From a virus, in IMG/VR virus record IMGVR_UViG_3300045933_000229, positions 2,706-66,705 of that record: a stretch of 64,000 nt of DNA. One strand, 5' to 3'. A model generated the notes under the pieces. That model saw only the letters and a program-made list of their open reading frames with translations. It was not told where the DNA came from and made no database searches. Shown here in pieces: positions 35,776-46,431 of this stretch; the stretch's first letter is position 1; every line of letters begins with the position of its first letter. The position numbers and the translations under genes were made by a program.

Positions 35776-36174
35776 ATGAAGCGTGACAACCACCAAGGCG
35801 GCGCCAACATGGGGCCGCACACCAGCGACAGCTACACGTCGCGCACGATGTCGATGGCGCGCTCCGGCGCCATGACGCCGAACTCGACGCCAACCGGGGC
35901 GCTGCAGAAAGGACCGGCGCGCCAGCTGCAGAAGTCCGGCGGCGGCGCGAACACGCCGAACTCGACGCCGTCGGTCGGGCCGCTGCAGAAGACGAACCGC
36001 AACTACGGCGAGCCGCTCGTCACCGGCTACCCGATGGTGCCGCAGGTCGAGAACCTGACCGGCATCCCGCACCGCGACCCGAATCTGGGCGGCCCGGGCC
36101 AGACGCAAAAGAGCGATCCGACCGGCGGCAAGGTGAAGACCTCGTCGAACATGAACGCGAAGATCAGCTACTAG
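35776..36174 (+). CDS. disordered basic protein with TPNSTP..LQK repeat
   Basis: internal duplication; position before scaffold. Confidence 0.55.
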   Translation: MKRDNHQGGANMGPHTSDSYTSRTMSMARSGAMTPNSTPTGALQKGPARQLQKSGGGANTPNSTPSVGPLQKTNRNYGEPLVTGYPMVPQVENLTGIPHRDPNLGGPGQTQKSDPTGGKVKTSSNMNAKISY

Positions 36175-36241
36175 TCCTCCGACCTCCACACGCAACGGAC
36201 GGCTGACCGGCACCACCAAGTCCCCGTCGAAGGAAACGAAG

Positions 36242-37243
36242 ATGCCCAAGCGCCAAGACCCGAATCACCCGATGGCAGCCGCAGCTGCGGCAGAGAACGC
36301 AGAGATCGACAAGATGGTGACAGCCCCGCCGACACCCGATCCGGCCCCCGCGCCTGCAGCGCTGGTTCCCGATCCGACCTCCCGGCCGGACCCGCCGCCG
36401 CCGCCGACCCCTGCGCCGCCTGAGGACCGCTTCGCTCTACTGGAGCGGCGATTCGACTCGATGGCTGGCCGGTTCGAGGCCACGCTGAACGAGAACCGCG
36501 AACTGCAGACGACCCTCAAGACGCACCAGGACAACGCGGCCTTTGCCGCCCGCACCGCCGCGGATGATCGCGCGCGGCGCGAGCAGGTCGAGGCGGACAA
36601 CGCCGCGCTGCTGAAAGAGAAGCGCCGCCTGGAGCAGCAGCTGGAGGCCGAACGTCTCGGTCGCGAGTTCAAGTCCGACGTGGTGGACGCCGATCAGTTC
36701 AACGACATCGTGCGCGGTATCCAGCCGCACCTGCAGCGCCGTGACGATCGCATCGACGAGCTCGTCGGTGAGGTCACGTCCCTCCGGACGAAGATGGCGG
36801 CGATCGAGGGTGAGGCCGAGAAGCGCGTGAACGGCGTGCGCAAGGAAGTCACCGAGCGCCTGCTGCTCCGCGATGAACCCGACTTCAAGGTGTTGCTCGA
36901 ACGGAAGGACTTCCAGGACTTCCTCTCCGAGCGCATCCCCGGCGCCCGCCGTACGCGGCTGCAGGAGGTGCAGGACGCCTACAACGAGGGGGACACCACG
37001 TTCATGCACTCGGTCGCAGAGGAGTTCCGCAAGCGGCAGACGCCGCCACCGGCTCCCGGCGCGCAACCCCCAGGCAGGCAGATCGCAGACCAGACGCCCC
37101 GGGCACCCGTGCCCGAGAAGCCGGTCACCGAGGACGACATCGCGGTGGCGTACGGGCAGCTGCTCCGCAACGAGATCACGCCCGCCCAGTACCGATCGGT
37201 CCGCAAACGCCAACGCGACCAGGAACTCGCCGCGGCTCGCTAA
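36242..37243 (+). CDS. capsid scaffolding protein
   Basis: Pro-rich plus coiled-coil, immediately upstream of capsid gene. Confidence 0.7.
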   Translation: MPKRQDPNHPMAAAAAAENAEIDKMVTAPPTPDPAPAPAALVPDPTSRPDPPPPPTPAPPEDRFALLERRFDSMAGRFEATLNENRELQTTLKTHQDNAAFAARTAADDRARREQVEADNAALLKEKRRLEQQLEAERLGREFKSDVVDADQFNDIVRGIQPHLQRRDDRIDELVGEVTSLRTKMAAIEGEAEKRVNGVRKEVTERLLLRDEPDFKVLLERKDFQDFLSERIPGARRTRLQEVQDAYNEGDTTFMHSVAEEFRKRQTPPPAPGAQPPGRQIADQTPRAPVPEKPVTEDDIAVAYGQLLRNEITPAQYRSVRKRQRDQELAAAR

Positions 37244-37261
37244 ACCAACTGGAGGTCGTCA

Positions 37262-38206
37262 ATGATTCCTTCCGCATCAGGCTGGAGAAGCCTCGAAGAA
37301 AGCCCACTGGGCCGTCGCAAGTACGCGCGCACCATCGCCTACGACTACCACTGCGACGGGATCTTCTCGCTGTTCACGAACGGGATGTATAACCGCGAGA
37401 TCGACTACTGCTCGCAGGAGATCCAGTTCGTCAGGAACTTCGAGTTGGAGTTCATGCCCTACGAGAAGAACGAGACGGGCATCCCGCAGACCGCCACCCC
37501 CGACGCGTTTTGCTTCCGCATCTGCGATGCGGCCTACATCCGCGTCAAGGTGGACGAGCTCGACGAGCGGTTTCTGTGCGAGCGCTGGTCCATGTGGAAG
37601 GAGATGTTCGACGTCGCGGTCACCCGCGCGTGGGACCGGCTCCTCTCGAACGACATCATGAAGCGCCTCCCGTTCTACGCCTCGGCGCGGAACAAGGGCT
37701 GCGCGGCCGGTCGTTCGGGGCAGGTGAACCTCGGCTGCCCGGGCGCCCCGGTGGTCATCACGCCGACGAACGTCATCGGCGAGATCGCCAAGCTGCAGCA
37801 GGTGATGGCCGAGGCGTGCAGCTGGCAGAAGGGCAAGATGATCCTCGTCGTGCCCCCGGTGCTGCTGCCGATCCTGTTCGCCTCGCCGCTCGCGAACGCG
37901 CTGCAGATGGGCCGCTGCGTGGAATGCTCGCCGCTGATGTCCGGCGAGTGGTACACCAACATGATGGGCTGGGAGTTCGTCATCAGCAACTACGCGTGCC
38001 AGGGCACGGACGCGACGGCGAACAAGCCCGTCTTCTACGCGATGGCCGTCAACAAGGACGCGCTGCTGTTCGCGCAGAACCTCATCATCACCCGCATCCG
38101 GCAGGGCGACGGCTTCTACAAGCTGCTCGAAGTGCTGGGTGTCTGGGGGCACCGGCCCGTGCACCCGGACGGCTTCGCCGTGGGCTACTGGACGGTTCAG
38201 CCGTAA
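37262..38206 (+). CDS. major capsid protein
   Basis: SD GGAGG; 314 aa after scaffold; TN..Y..EI N-terminal and GVWG...VHP C-terminal pattern of P22-like coats. Confidence 0.75.
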   Translation: MIPSASGWRSLEESPLGRRKYARTIAYDYHCDGIFSLFTNGMYNREIDYCSQEIQFVRNFELEFMPYEKNETGIPQTATPDAFCFRICDAAYIRVKVDELDERFLCERWSMWKEMFDVAVTRAWDRLLSNDIMKRLPFYASARNKGCAAGRSGQVNLGCPGAPVVITPTNVIGEIAKLQQVMAEACSWQKGKMILVVPPVLLPILFASPLANALQMGRCVECSPLMSGEWYTNMMGWEFVISNYACQGTDATANKPVFYAMAVNKDALLFAQNLIITRIRQGDGFYKLLEVLGVWGHRPVHPDGFAVGYWTVQP

Positions 38207-38611
38207 TCAGATGACATCGAACGCCGCTTGGGGCGACAGCCCCTTGCGGCGGCGACGATAGTAGGAGTGGATGCTTTTACCGGACGAGGCGATAGCATGA
38301 AGCAGCGGCAACCTCTCCCCTCCCCACTCGACCATCACGGTCGAGCGGCGGGAGATGTATTGCTCGCCGCGGGTCGCCCACCGGCAGTTCACCGGCTCGT
38401 AGTTCCCGTTCGTGTCGATGCGATCGAGCGAGTGGAGGCGGGACGGTTTCGGACCGAGGTCTTCGAGGAATGTCGAAAAGCTGTGGCGCCAACGCGAGCA
38501 GACCGTGATGCCGCGACCGCCGTAGTCCTTGAAGCGGTCAGCACTGGGCCTCTCGCAGCGGGCGATCATGTTGTCCCACGCCCGATATTCAGGTGTCCGG
38601 CTCAGAATCAC
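38207..38611 (-). CDS. free-standing HNH homing endonuclease
   Basis: YRAW.NM..RC...YGGRGITVC.RW...SLDRID.NGNYEP.NCRWAT. Confidence 0.85.
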   Translation of the reverse strand: MILSRTPEYRAWDNMIARCERPSADRFKDYGGRGITVCSRWRHSFSTFLEDLGPKPSRLHSLDRIDTNGNYEPVNCRWATRGEQYISRRSTVMVEWGGERLPLLHAIASSGKSIHSYYRRRRKGLSPQAAFDVI

Positions 38612-38715
38612 CCACGCATCCTACAGGATCGTGGTTCATCGGCACGGCGCGGCGTGCCCTTTATCCTCCCGGCGGCCCGCGTTGCCGTCCGTAATTATGG
38701 ATGGAGGAGTTAATC

Positions 38716-39324
38716 ATGGATGTCCAACTGTGGGAAGGTGGTCAGGCTTTTCTGCCCGACTGCGGCGAGTGCAAGGTGTCGGTCTGCCCGGCGCCGCACC
38801 GGATGGCGGCTCACCGTCGGCGCGCGCCCTACAACATGGGCGGGGCGTTCGACTACGAGTGCGACGTCGTCAACCGGGTGTGCTACGACCTCTTGACCGA
38901 GGGCGACACGCTCTGGATGGTGCTGGTGCCGGAGGACTCGTACACGACCCTCATCCGCGTGAAGGTCACGGCTGCCGACCCGGTGAACGTCATCACGTTC
39001 AACACGGTGGCCGAGGTCATCAACGGCGAGACGTGCGAAGTGATCTCGACCCCCGTTGTTCCGGTCGCGGTCCAGGGCCTCTCGACGGCGGCGGTCGATG
39101 CCGCTCTCGGGGTGCTGGACCCGGCCATCTACACCGACCCGTATGCTTCCGCGGGGACGGTGCGTGAGGTGCTGCGCGTCGGCCTGCAGTTGGCGACCTT
39201 CCCGGCGAACGGCCTCGCGGCGTTCCTCGGGCGCATCGAGCTCACGGTCGTCGCTCAGGACTTCGAGACGGTGCAGATCGCCGACTGCCGCGCGAACGGT
39301 CCGTGCATCATCGACAACCCGTAA
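38716..39324 (+). CDS. Cys-rich putative capsid decoration protein
   Basis: SD GGAGGAG; position after MCP. Confidence 0.6.
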   Translation: MDVQLWEGGQAFLPDCGECKVSVCPAPHRMAAHRRRAPYNMGGAFDYECDVVNRVCYDLLTEGDTLWMVLVPEDSYTTLIRVKVTAADPVNVITFNTVAEVINGETCEVISTPVVPVAVQGLSTAAVDAALGVLDPAIYTDPYASAGTVREVLRVGLQLATFPANGLAAFLGRIELTVVAQDFETVQIADCRANGPCIIDNP

Positions 39325-39365
39325 TCGGCTGACCACCGATCAACCCACTCGGAGAGGACCGAACC

Positions 39366-39791
39366 GTGGCAGACATTCGAGCAGTCGAAGCTGGCGTCAT
39401 CATCCCCCGCTCAGGCGGGCAAGACCTGAACGGCTACAAGGCGAAACCCCCGCTGTTCCCACCGGGCGAGCCGAAGTCGCCGTACGTCAGGGAAAAGCTG
39501 ACCGGCATGATCTGGCACTACCAGCCCTACATGGACGACATGGGGGACGTGCTGGAGCCGTGCTGGGAGGCGCCCGCGGCGCAGGAGGTGATGATCCCCA
39601 CGCACACCGACATCTCGAAGTACGCCGGGTTCGGTTCGCCTCTGCCAGAACCCGCGGCTGCCCCGCAGCCCGAACCCTCTAACCCGTCGGTCCTCGCCGA
39701 GCCGCCGCCCCAAGCAGCGCCCTCGGAACCCAAACGCAAGGGGGCGAAGGCCAAGGGTCAGCCGCGGGCCACGGACGGTGCCGACGCTTGA
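39366..39791 (+). CDS. hypothetical protein
   Basis: SD GGAGAGG; Pro-rich tail. Confidence 0.55.
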   Translation: MADIRAVEAGVIIPRSGGQDLNGYKAKPPLFPPGEPKSPYVREKLTGMIWHYQPYMDDMGDVLEPCWEAPAAQEVMIPTHTDISKYAGFGSPLPEPAAAPQPEPSNPSVLAEPPPQAAPSEPKRKGAKAKGQPRATDGADA

Positions 39792-40467
39792 AAACCTGTT
39801 GACGGACTATGCCCGGGAGCTCCGCGACGCGGAACCCGGGCACGAGTTCACCCAGTTCCCCCGGGAGACGCTGCTCATCTGGTGGAACGAGGCGCTGTGC
39901 ATCCTTCACCGGATGCGCCCGGACCTGTTCACGCGCTCGCGCGAGGTGACGCTCGTCCCCGGCAACCGGCAGTCGGTTGGCGAGGACTGCACCTTCAAGA
40001 GCGTGGACGCGAACCTCGGCCCGCAGGGGCAGGACGAGACGCCGATCCGCATGACCAGCGTCACCGCGATGCGCCAGTGGGGCGGGAAGCCGACCTGCAT
40101 CCCGCCGCCGAAGGAGTACCGCGTCACCGAGTTCCAGTTCGACAAGATGCAGCGCGACATCTTCTACGTCGCGCCGCCGGTTCCCGCCGGTGCCACCGCC
40201 AAGGTGCGTGTCACCTGCGTCGAGCCGCCGCCCACGCTCACCGTCAGCGACCTCGGCGAAGAAGCGCCCACCGACTGCTGGCAGAACGCGCTCGTCAACC
40301 ACTACCTCCTCGCGCAAGCCTACGCGCAGGACTCCGATCAGATGTCGCTCGCGCTCGCCCAGCACCACCAGGGCCTGTGGGGCGCGCTGTTCCGCGGCAC
40401 GCTGCAGGGCGACCTCGCGCTGCAGGCCGCGCAGATCCCCACCCCACCTGAGCCGAGGGCACGGTGA
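39778..40467 (+). CDS. head-tail adaptor-like protein (DUF6682-like)
   Basis: LL.WWNEAL....RPDLF, FYVAPP, ALVNHY.LA.AY motifs. Confidence 0.65.
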   Translation: MPTLENLLTDYARELRDAEPGHEFTQFPRETLLIWWNEALCILHRMRPDLFTRSREVTLVPGNRQSVGEDCTFKSVDANLGPQGQDETPIRMTSVTAMRQWGGKPTCIPPPKEYRVTEFQFDKMQRDIFYVAPPVPAGATAKVRVTCVEPPPTLTVSDLGEEAPTDCWQNALVNHYLLAQAYAQDSDQMSLALAQHHQGLWGALFRGTLQGDLALQAAQIPTPPEPRAR

Positions 40468-41174
40468 CACCGCTCGCCGCGATCGAGACGACGCCGAAGG
40501 TGCCGCTCACCGTGTTCCTGCCCGAGATCAGGATGCTCGCGCCCGGCTGCCCGGACGAGATCATCGCCTCCTACGTCCGGCAGGCGATCATCGAGGTGTC
40601 CGACAAGGGCCTCGCGATCAAGCGCGAGCAGTTCGTCTTCCTGCAGGCCGGGGTGCGCGAGTACCTGCTGGAGCCGGACGACTGCGTGCGCGTGGTGGCG
40701 ATCGACTGGGTGTGCGACGAGACGTGCAACGGCCGCCGGATGATCCCGCTGCCGCACCTGCCGTGCCGCATGGAATGCTCGAACTCGAACTGCTGGCCGA
40801 CCTGCGGCACCGGCCAGTTCGTCAACTTCGGCTTCGAGGGACCGGCATGGTGCACGTTCAAGCAGCCGAACTCGTTCTGGCTGTCGTGGACGCCACGCTG
40901 CGACATGGGCATCGGGATCCGGGTGCGGATGTCGGTGGCGCCGAAGCGCGACGCCTGCGAGGTGGACCAGTTCATCTATGAGAAATACGCCCAGGACATC
41001 CACGCCGGGGCCGCCGCCTACCTGCTGATGATGCAGGGGCAGCCGTGGTATCAGCCGCAGCTGGCCGCTATCCTCCAGCGGCGCTGGCTCACCGCGCAGG
41101 GCAAGATCGCCGGTGATGTCATGCTGCAGGAGTCGCGCGGCCCATTCACCGCGAGGGCGCAGAGGATCGTATGA
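40464..41174 (+). CDS. Cys-rich adaptor/tail tubular protein
   Basis: FLPEI...PGCP...; GA.AYLL.M.GQPW pattern; position. Confidence 0.6.
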   Translation: MTPLAAIETTPKVPLTVFLPEIRMLAPGCPDEIIASYVRQAIIEVSDKGLAIKREQFVFLQAGVREYLLEPDDCVRVVAIDWVCDETCNGRRMIPLPHLPCRMECSNSNCWPTCGTGQFVNFGFEGPAWCTFKQPNSFWLSWTPRCDMGIGIRVRMSVAPKRDACEVDQFIYEKYAQDIHAGAAAYLLMMQGQPWYQPQLAAILQRRWLTAQGKIAGDVMLQESRGPFTARAQRIV

Positions 41175-42007
41175 ACGAGTGCACGCCAGCACCGGCGGTC
41201 CCGGTCCCGGTCAGCCCGCCGATCGAGTTCTGCGCAGGCAACAAGATCATGCGCTGGGACGGCGCGCGCCTCACCGAGCGCCCGCGGCCCAGCCCGATCG
41301 TCGATGGCGTGTACGCCAACGCCACGATCGTCATGCAGGGCGGGTGCATCGAGTCGATCAGCGAGGGGACGAACGTCGTCTACTCGGCGTGCGACCCGTG
41401 CGCGGTGCCCCCGCCCCCGCCGCCGACGGCCGAGGTCGTCATCTCGCCCGAGGCGTGCAACCTCACCACGATCGCCCCCGACGGTGGCCTGCTCACCACG
41501 CTGACGGTCATCCCGACCTCCAACTGCCTGGAGGCGACCGGGTGCGGCACCACGCTCTCGCCGCTCCTCCTCGGGCTTCGCATCTCGCCGGACGTCGGCA
41601 ACGCGATCGAGTGCCGCACGAACGGCCTGTTCGCGAACCAGGTGCCGGCGACCACCGGCGTCAACTTCGTCGGCTGCGGCATCACGATCGCGAACGGCCT
41701 GTGGACCACGCTCGCCACGCCGTTCGCGCCGGTGCTGGACATCATCTCCTCGGACGGCTCGCTCACCGTCAACCGCGTCTCCGACTGCGTGATCGACCTG
41801 ACCGGCGCGGTGATCGGCGGCGGCGGTGTCGGTGGCCTCACCATCATCAACTACGACACACCGGCCGACCTGCCGACGACGAACTCGGCGAACCCGGTGG
41901 CGACGGTTGGCACCGTGAACCCGCGGCGCCTGTTCATCTTCGTGACCGGCTTCGGCTGGCGCGAGGTATTCGACTCGACCGCGGCGGCCCTGCAGATCAA
42001 CCTCTGA
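41171..42007 (+). CDS. Cys-rich virion protein
   Basis: DGVYANATI..GGCI motif; coupled. Confidence 0.6.
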   Translation: MNECTPAPAVPVPVSPPIEFCAGNKIMRWDGARLTERPRPSPIVDGVYANATIVMQGGCIESISEGTNVVYSACDPCAVPPPPPPTAEVVISPEACNLTTIAPDGGLLTTLTVIPTSNCLEATGCGTTLSPLLLGLRISPDVGNAIECRTNGLFANQVPATTGVNFVGCGITIANGLWTTLATPFAPVLDIISSDGSLTVNRVSDCVIDLTGAVIGGGGVGGLTIINYDTPADLPTTNSANPVATVGTVNPRRLFIFVTGFGWREVFDSTAAALQINL

Positions 42008-43671
42008 TGCCAGCGTTCAAGATCGACAAGTTCTACGGCCTCGCGCCACGGCTGAACCCGCTTGCCGCGGGGCACAGCCGCGCGAAGTTCGCGCTGGACG
42101 TCGATCTGGACAACGGCACGCTGCGGCCGTGGCGCACGCCGAAGCTGATCCACGAGTCGGGGCTGGGCACGGTGCTGTCGTTCGCGTGCATCGGCGACTG
42201 CTGGCTCACCTTCCCGGGGTGCGTGAGCATCGTCCACCCGTACATCCCCTCCTGCCCGTTCGTGATCCTCGCCGGGCCGGGGCTGCCCTACCCGCAGATC
42301 GCCACGACGGCCGATGCGTGCCTCGGTGACTTCTGCCGTCTCGGGCTGCCGTGCCCGCCGACCGCGCCGCGCATGGACTTCACCCCGGTCGCGGCGAACA
42401 AGAAGACCGCCGCGCGCGCCTACCGCTACAGCTACGTCAACCGCTACGGGCAGGAGGGCGGCGGCTCGCTGCCGAGCGAGGTGCTGAACGTCGAGGACGG
42501 CCAGACGGTCACGGTGTCGAACTTCGCCACGCCCGACCCGGAGTGGTGCGTGACCGCGATCCGGATCTACCGCCTCGGCACGCCATTCGAGACGGGCCTG
42601 GAGAACTCGAACCCGCAGAACACCGAGTATTACTTCGTCGCCGAGATCCCGGCGACCCAGACCTCGTTCGTGGACACGATCAAGGACATCGCTCTCGGAG
42701 GTGATGGGCGCGCGAACGTGTTCACGAACGACGAGTGGCTGCCGCCGCCAGCCGACCTGCACAGCATCGTGTCGCTGGAGAACGGCATCCTCGCCGGGAT
42801 CGCCGGGGAGTACATCTACCTCACCGATCCGATGTCGCCGCACGCGTGGAACCTGCGCTACATCAAGGGCCTCCTCGACCGGCCGCTCGCCCTTGCCGCG
42901 GTCGGCAACGCCCTGTACGCGCTCACCGACGGGCGCCCCTACTTCATCGACGGGCGCAACAACCCGAAGCAGGACGGGTTCGCGCAGGTGCTTCGCACGC
43001 GCGTCCCGATCCCGGTGGTGTCGCCGCGGTCGGTCGCCGCCGACTCGAACGTCGTCTACTACGCCAGCACCGCTGGCCTCGCGGCGATCTCGGGCAAGGA
43101 GGTGAAGCTGATCTCTCAGTCGCTTCTCTCCGAGCGCGACTGGCAGGAGCTCCGGCCGAACACCATGATCGGCGCGGTGCGCGCGGGCTACTACCACGGC
43201 TACACGTCCAACGCCGGGGTGCGCTTCCGCGGCCCCGAGGCTGAGTTCGCGAACATCGGCCAGATCAGCTACACGAACCTCTCCGAGCGCCCCACCGCGC
43301 TGTGGGCTGGCGACAACGGCGAGCTCTACTACGCCGACGGCGGCAACATCATGGGCTGGAACCTCGGCGACCGGATGCGCGACTACTTCTGGGCCTCGAC
43401 CGAGGAGTATTTCAGCCGCCGCAGCGGCCTCACCTCGGCGTCGATCGACCGCGGGGTGCCGGGAAACCTGCGCTTCCGGCTCGAAACCGACTACGGCATC
43501 GTCCTCGACCGGACGGTGAACAAGACGCAGGACTTCCGCACCCGCGGGCTGTCGAACGCGCTGTTCGCGAGCGCCTGGTTCAACGGCACCGCCGAGGTCA
43601 GGCAGGTCGCCATCGGCAGTTCTATCATCCTGCGCATCAACGCCGAGGGGGCCGGACGTGCAGCTGCCTGA
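42007..43671 (+). CDS. tail nozzle/stabilisation protein
   Basis: MPAFKIDKFYGLAPR start; RAYRYSYVN..GQEG, PPP.DL..IV...NGILAG, PHAW beta-propeller-like motifs. Confidence 0.7.
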   Translation: MPAFKIDKFYGLAPRLNPLAAGHSRAKFALDVDLDNGTLRPWRTPKLIHESGLGTVLSFACIGDCWLTFPGCVSIVHPYIPSCPFVILAGPGLPYPQIATTADACLGDFCRLGLPCPPTAPRMDFTPVAANKKTAARAYRYSYVNRYGQEGGGSLPSEVLNVEDGQTVTVSNFATPDPEWCVTAIRIYRLGTPFETGLENSNPQNTEYYFVAEIPATQTSFVDTIKDIALGGDGRANVFTNDEWLPPPADLHSIVSLENGILAGIAGEYIYLTDPMSPHAWNLRYIKGLLDRPLALAAVGNALYALTDGRPYFIDGRNNPKQDGFAQVLRTRVPIPVVSPRSVAADSNVVYYASTAGLAAISGKEVKLISQSLLSERDWQELRPNTMIGAVRAGYYHGYTSNAGVRFRGPEAEFANIGQISYTNLSERPTALWAGDNGELYYADGGNIMGWNLGDRMRDYFWASTEEYFSRRSGLTSASIDRGVPGNLRFRLETDYGIVLDRTVNKTQDFRTRGLSNALFASAWFNGTAEVRQVAIGSSIILRINAEGAGRAAA

Positions 43672-44143
43672 CGTCGTCGCCGAGAAGCCCTACCGGCTGG
43701 AGCGCCCGGGCGTGAAGGAGTGCGGCGACCTGCTGCGCGAGCTCACGCCGCTGATGGCGCGCTGCTGGCAGCCGCACCTGAACACCACCGGGATGTCGTT
43801 CAACCCGGACTGGCTCAAGATGGTGAAGCTGCTCTCGACCGGCGAACTGATCCTGTTCACCGCGCGCTCGCAGGGGAAGATCGGCGGGTTCCAAATGTGG
43901 ACCCTGAACGACTACTACCTCAGCATGGGCACGCGCGTCGGCTTCTGCCACCGGATCTATGGCGGATCGAAGCAGGGCGTGGATGCGCGCGCCTTCCTGC
44001 GCTTCGCGCTCGACGAGTTGAAGCAGCTGGGCGTGCGCACGGTCTACTTCTCGTGCGTGCACGGGTCGGCCGCCGAGCGGGTGTATCTCGACCTCGGTGC
44101 GCAGGAGCAGGAAGTCCTCCTCGGGATGGACCTATGGCGATAA
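43658..44143 (+). CDS. GNAT-fold acetyltransferase-like protein
   Basis: size and position between nozzle and ejection genes; LKQLGV...Y..LG motif. Confidence 0.55.
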   Translation: MQLPDVVAEKPYRLERPGVKECGDLLRELTPLMARCWQPHLNTTGMSFNPDWLKMVKLLSTGELILFTARSQGKIGGFQMWTLNDYYLSMGTRVGFCHRIYGGSKQGVDARAFLRFALDELKQLGVRTVYFSCVHGSAAERVYLDLGAQEQEVLLGMDLWR

Positions 44144-44979
44144 TCGCTGCAGCTGGCATCGGCGCCGCGGCCTCGATCTTCGGGTCGTCGTCATCGTCGA
44201 GCGCCGCCAAGGCGCAGGCGCAGGCCCAGAAGGAGGCGGCGGAACTCCAGACCCGCGTTGCGCGCGAACTCCATGAACACTGGAAGGCGTACTACCGCGA
44301 CTGCGACATCGCCTACATCCGCGAGGTGTGCGCGATCCCGGTCTACGTGCCCCAGTACGAGACGGTGCAATCGCGCACCCGCATGGAGGTGCTGGGGTCG
44401 TTCGGCCGGGCGCGCCAGCAGATGCTGCGTGCGTGCGACATCTTCTGCGTGGGCAAGGTGGCGCAGGACTGCAACTTCATCGCGGGCATCGAGGCCATCG
44501 CGCTCGCCGACGCCATGAACTTCGGCTACCGGCGCGAGGAGAACCTCAAGATCCAGCTGGACCAGATGCGCCTCGACAACCAGCGCGCCGCGCTCGCGCT
44601 GGGGCGCAACCTCCTCGACCAGTCGCGCGCCGCATCCACGGTTGCCGCCGGGGTGGGGGCGCGGGTGGGCGCGCAGGCGGGCAACGCCGCGAACGGCTGG
44701 CTGCAGTTCGCCGGGTTCCTGAACACGCCGGAGGGCAAGCGCCTGCTGGGCGACGTCGGCAAGGGCGTGAGCAACATCTTCTCCAGCCCGCAGGGCGCGC
44801 AGCCCGGCTTCGACCCCGGGCCTGGTGCGGGCACCGGGGGCGACTTCGACAGCAGCAACTACGAGCAGATGAACAACCCGGGCGACACGCAGCAGTCGAA
44901 CTTCGAGTCGTCGCAATCGCTGTACCCCGGACCGAACTTCGCCGACCCGGCGCAGGCCGCGGCGGCAGCCGGGGCATAG
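44134..44979 (+). CDS. pilot/ejection protein
   Basis: MAIIAAAGIGAAASIFGS..SAAKAQA N-terminus typical of DNA pilot proteins. Confidence 0.65.
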   Translation: MAIIAAAGIGAAASIFGSSSSSSAAKAQAQAQKEAAELQTRVARELHEHWKAYYRDCDIAYIREVCAIPVYVPQYETVQSRTRMEVLGSFGRARQQMLRACDIFCVGKVAQDCNFIAGIEAIALADAMNFGYRREENLKIQLDQMRLDNQRAALALGRNLLDQSRAASTVAAGVGARVGAQAGNAANGWLQFAGFLNTPEGKRLLGDVGKGVSNIFSSPQGAQPGFDPGPGAGTGGDFDSSNYEQMNNPGDTQQSNFESSQSLYPGPNFADPAQAAAAAGA

Positions 44980-44988
44980 GAGAGGCAG

Positions 44989-46431
44989 ATGGCCGACCTC
45001 GAAACCACGTTGATGTCGCTCAACCCGATGGACTTCGTCACCGGGATGGAGCGCGGCTTCAAGCTGGGCGAGGCGCGCGCGGCCGAGGAGCGCGCGAAGG
45101 CGCTCGCGGCGACACAGACGCTGATGAGCGAGGAGTTCGCCGGGCCGGGGCAGACGGCGTTCCGTGCCGCCGAGGTGCAACGCGGGACGAGCGGTGCGCA
45201 GCTTGGCGATCTCCTGAACCAGATCAACATCGAGGCGACCGGGCAGGCGCGCCCCGAGATCCTGAACAGCCTCGTGCAGCAGGCGAGGAACATCAACACC
45301 GGCGCGCAGATCCGCGGCGTCGAACTGGGCGGCCAGCTGGAGCGCGCCCCCGGCCAGCAGCGAACGCAGACCGCCTTTGCCGCGCAGACCGAGGAGAACC
45401 TGCCAGCGATGCTGGAGCGCCGACAGGCGGCGTTCGACTTCGACGGCATGAAGCGCAGGGCCGAGGCGGGCGACTTCGCCGCGCAGCGCGTGGTGGTCGA
45501 GGCGACGCGCGGGGCGACCCAGCTGCTGAACGAGACGAGGGCCGACCCGGCGAATCAGGGTCGCGACGACTACGAGATTTCCGAGATCGCGATCCGGCGC
45601 ACCACCGACCCGACCCAGCGCGCCTACCTCCTGCAGCTGCAGCAGCAGCAGGCCCAGCAGGGCATCCAGCGCGAGGGCAACACCTTCCCGGGCCTGTCGA
45701 AGTGGCTGCCACGCCTGCTCCCCGGCGCCGAGGTGCGGCTCACGCCCGGCACCACCGACCAGGTGGACATCGTCATGACCGAGTTCCAGGACGTCTACGA
45801 CTCGCAGACGAAGCAGACCGTGCGGGTGCCATCGAAGCGCATGGTCCAGAGCGGGATCTCGCTGCGCGAGGAAGATCCGACCAACGTCGAGCGCTTCATC
45901 GGCCGCCTGACCGGCCAGAAGGTGCCGTTCGTCACGCCGAACCTGCGGCAAGGCCCGGCCACCGCGCCCACCCCGTCGCAGGCCGGTGCTGCTGCGGCTG
46001 GCGCCCCGGCGCGCGCCACCGCCGCCGCCGTCACCACGACGCCACAGCAGCCGCAGGTCGCGCGCCCGGCCGGTCAACCCGCGGCCGCGGCGGCGAACCC
46101 GCAGCTGGACGAACTCACGCAGATCGAGCGCTCGCTCACCGCCCCCGGGTTCGCCTCGGCCGACGAGCGCAAGCAGGCGGGCGTTCTGCAGATCATCCGG
46201 CAGCTGAAACAGGAGCGCCGCGCGCTCAACCCGGACACGCTCGCGCAGCTGCGCCGCCTTGCCGGTGAGGCGTCGGTGCCGGCGGTGCCGATGCAGCCGA
46301 GCATCGGCGCGGAGTTCGGTGGCACCGGCATCAGCCCGGGCGGGACGCCGGTGATGGGGCTGCCGCAGGCGACCACGCCCGCGCCGCCCACCGTCGAGGA
46401 GCAGATCCGGGCGCTCATCACGGTGCGCTGA
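44989..46431 (+). CDS. internal virion/ejection protein
   Basis: SD AGGAG; Gln/Ala-rich helical; no Cys seen. Confidence 0.65.
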   Translation: MADLETTLMSLNPMDFVTGMERGFKLGEARAAEERAKALAATQTLMSEEFAGPGQTAFRAAEVQRGTSGAQLGDLLNQINIEATGQARPEILNSLVQQARNINTGAQIRGVELGGQLERAPGQQRTQTAFAAQTEENLPAMLERRQAAFDFDGMKRRAEAGDFAAQRVVVEATRGATQLLNETRADPANQGRDDYEISEIAIRRTTDPTQRAYLLQLQQQQAQQGIQREGNTFPGLSKWLPRLLPGAEVRLTPGTTDQVDIVMTEFQDVYDSQTKQTVRVPSKRMVQSGISLREEDPTNVERFIGRLTGQKVPFVTPNLRQGPATAPTPSQAGAAAAGAPARATAAAVTTTPQQPQVARPAGQPAAAAANPQLDELTQIERSLTAPGFASADERKQAGVLQIIRQLKQERRALNPDTLAQLRRLAGEASVPAVPMQPSIGAEFGGTGISPGGTPVMGLPQATTPAPPTVEEQIRALITVR

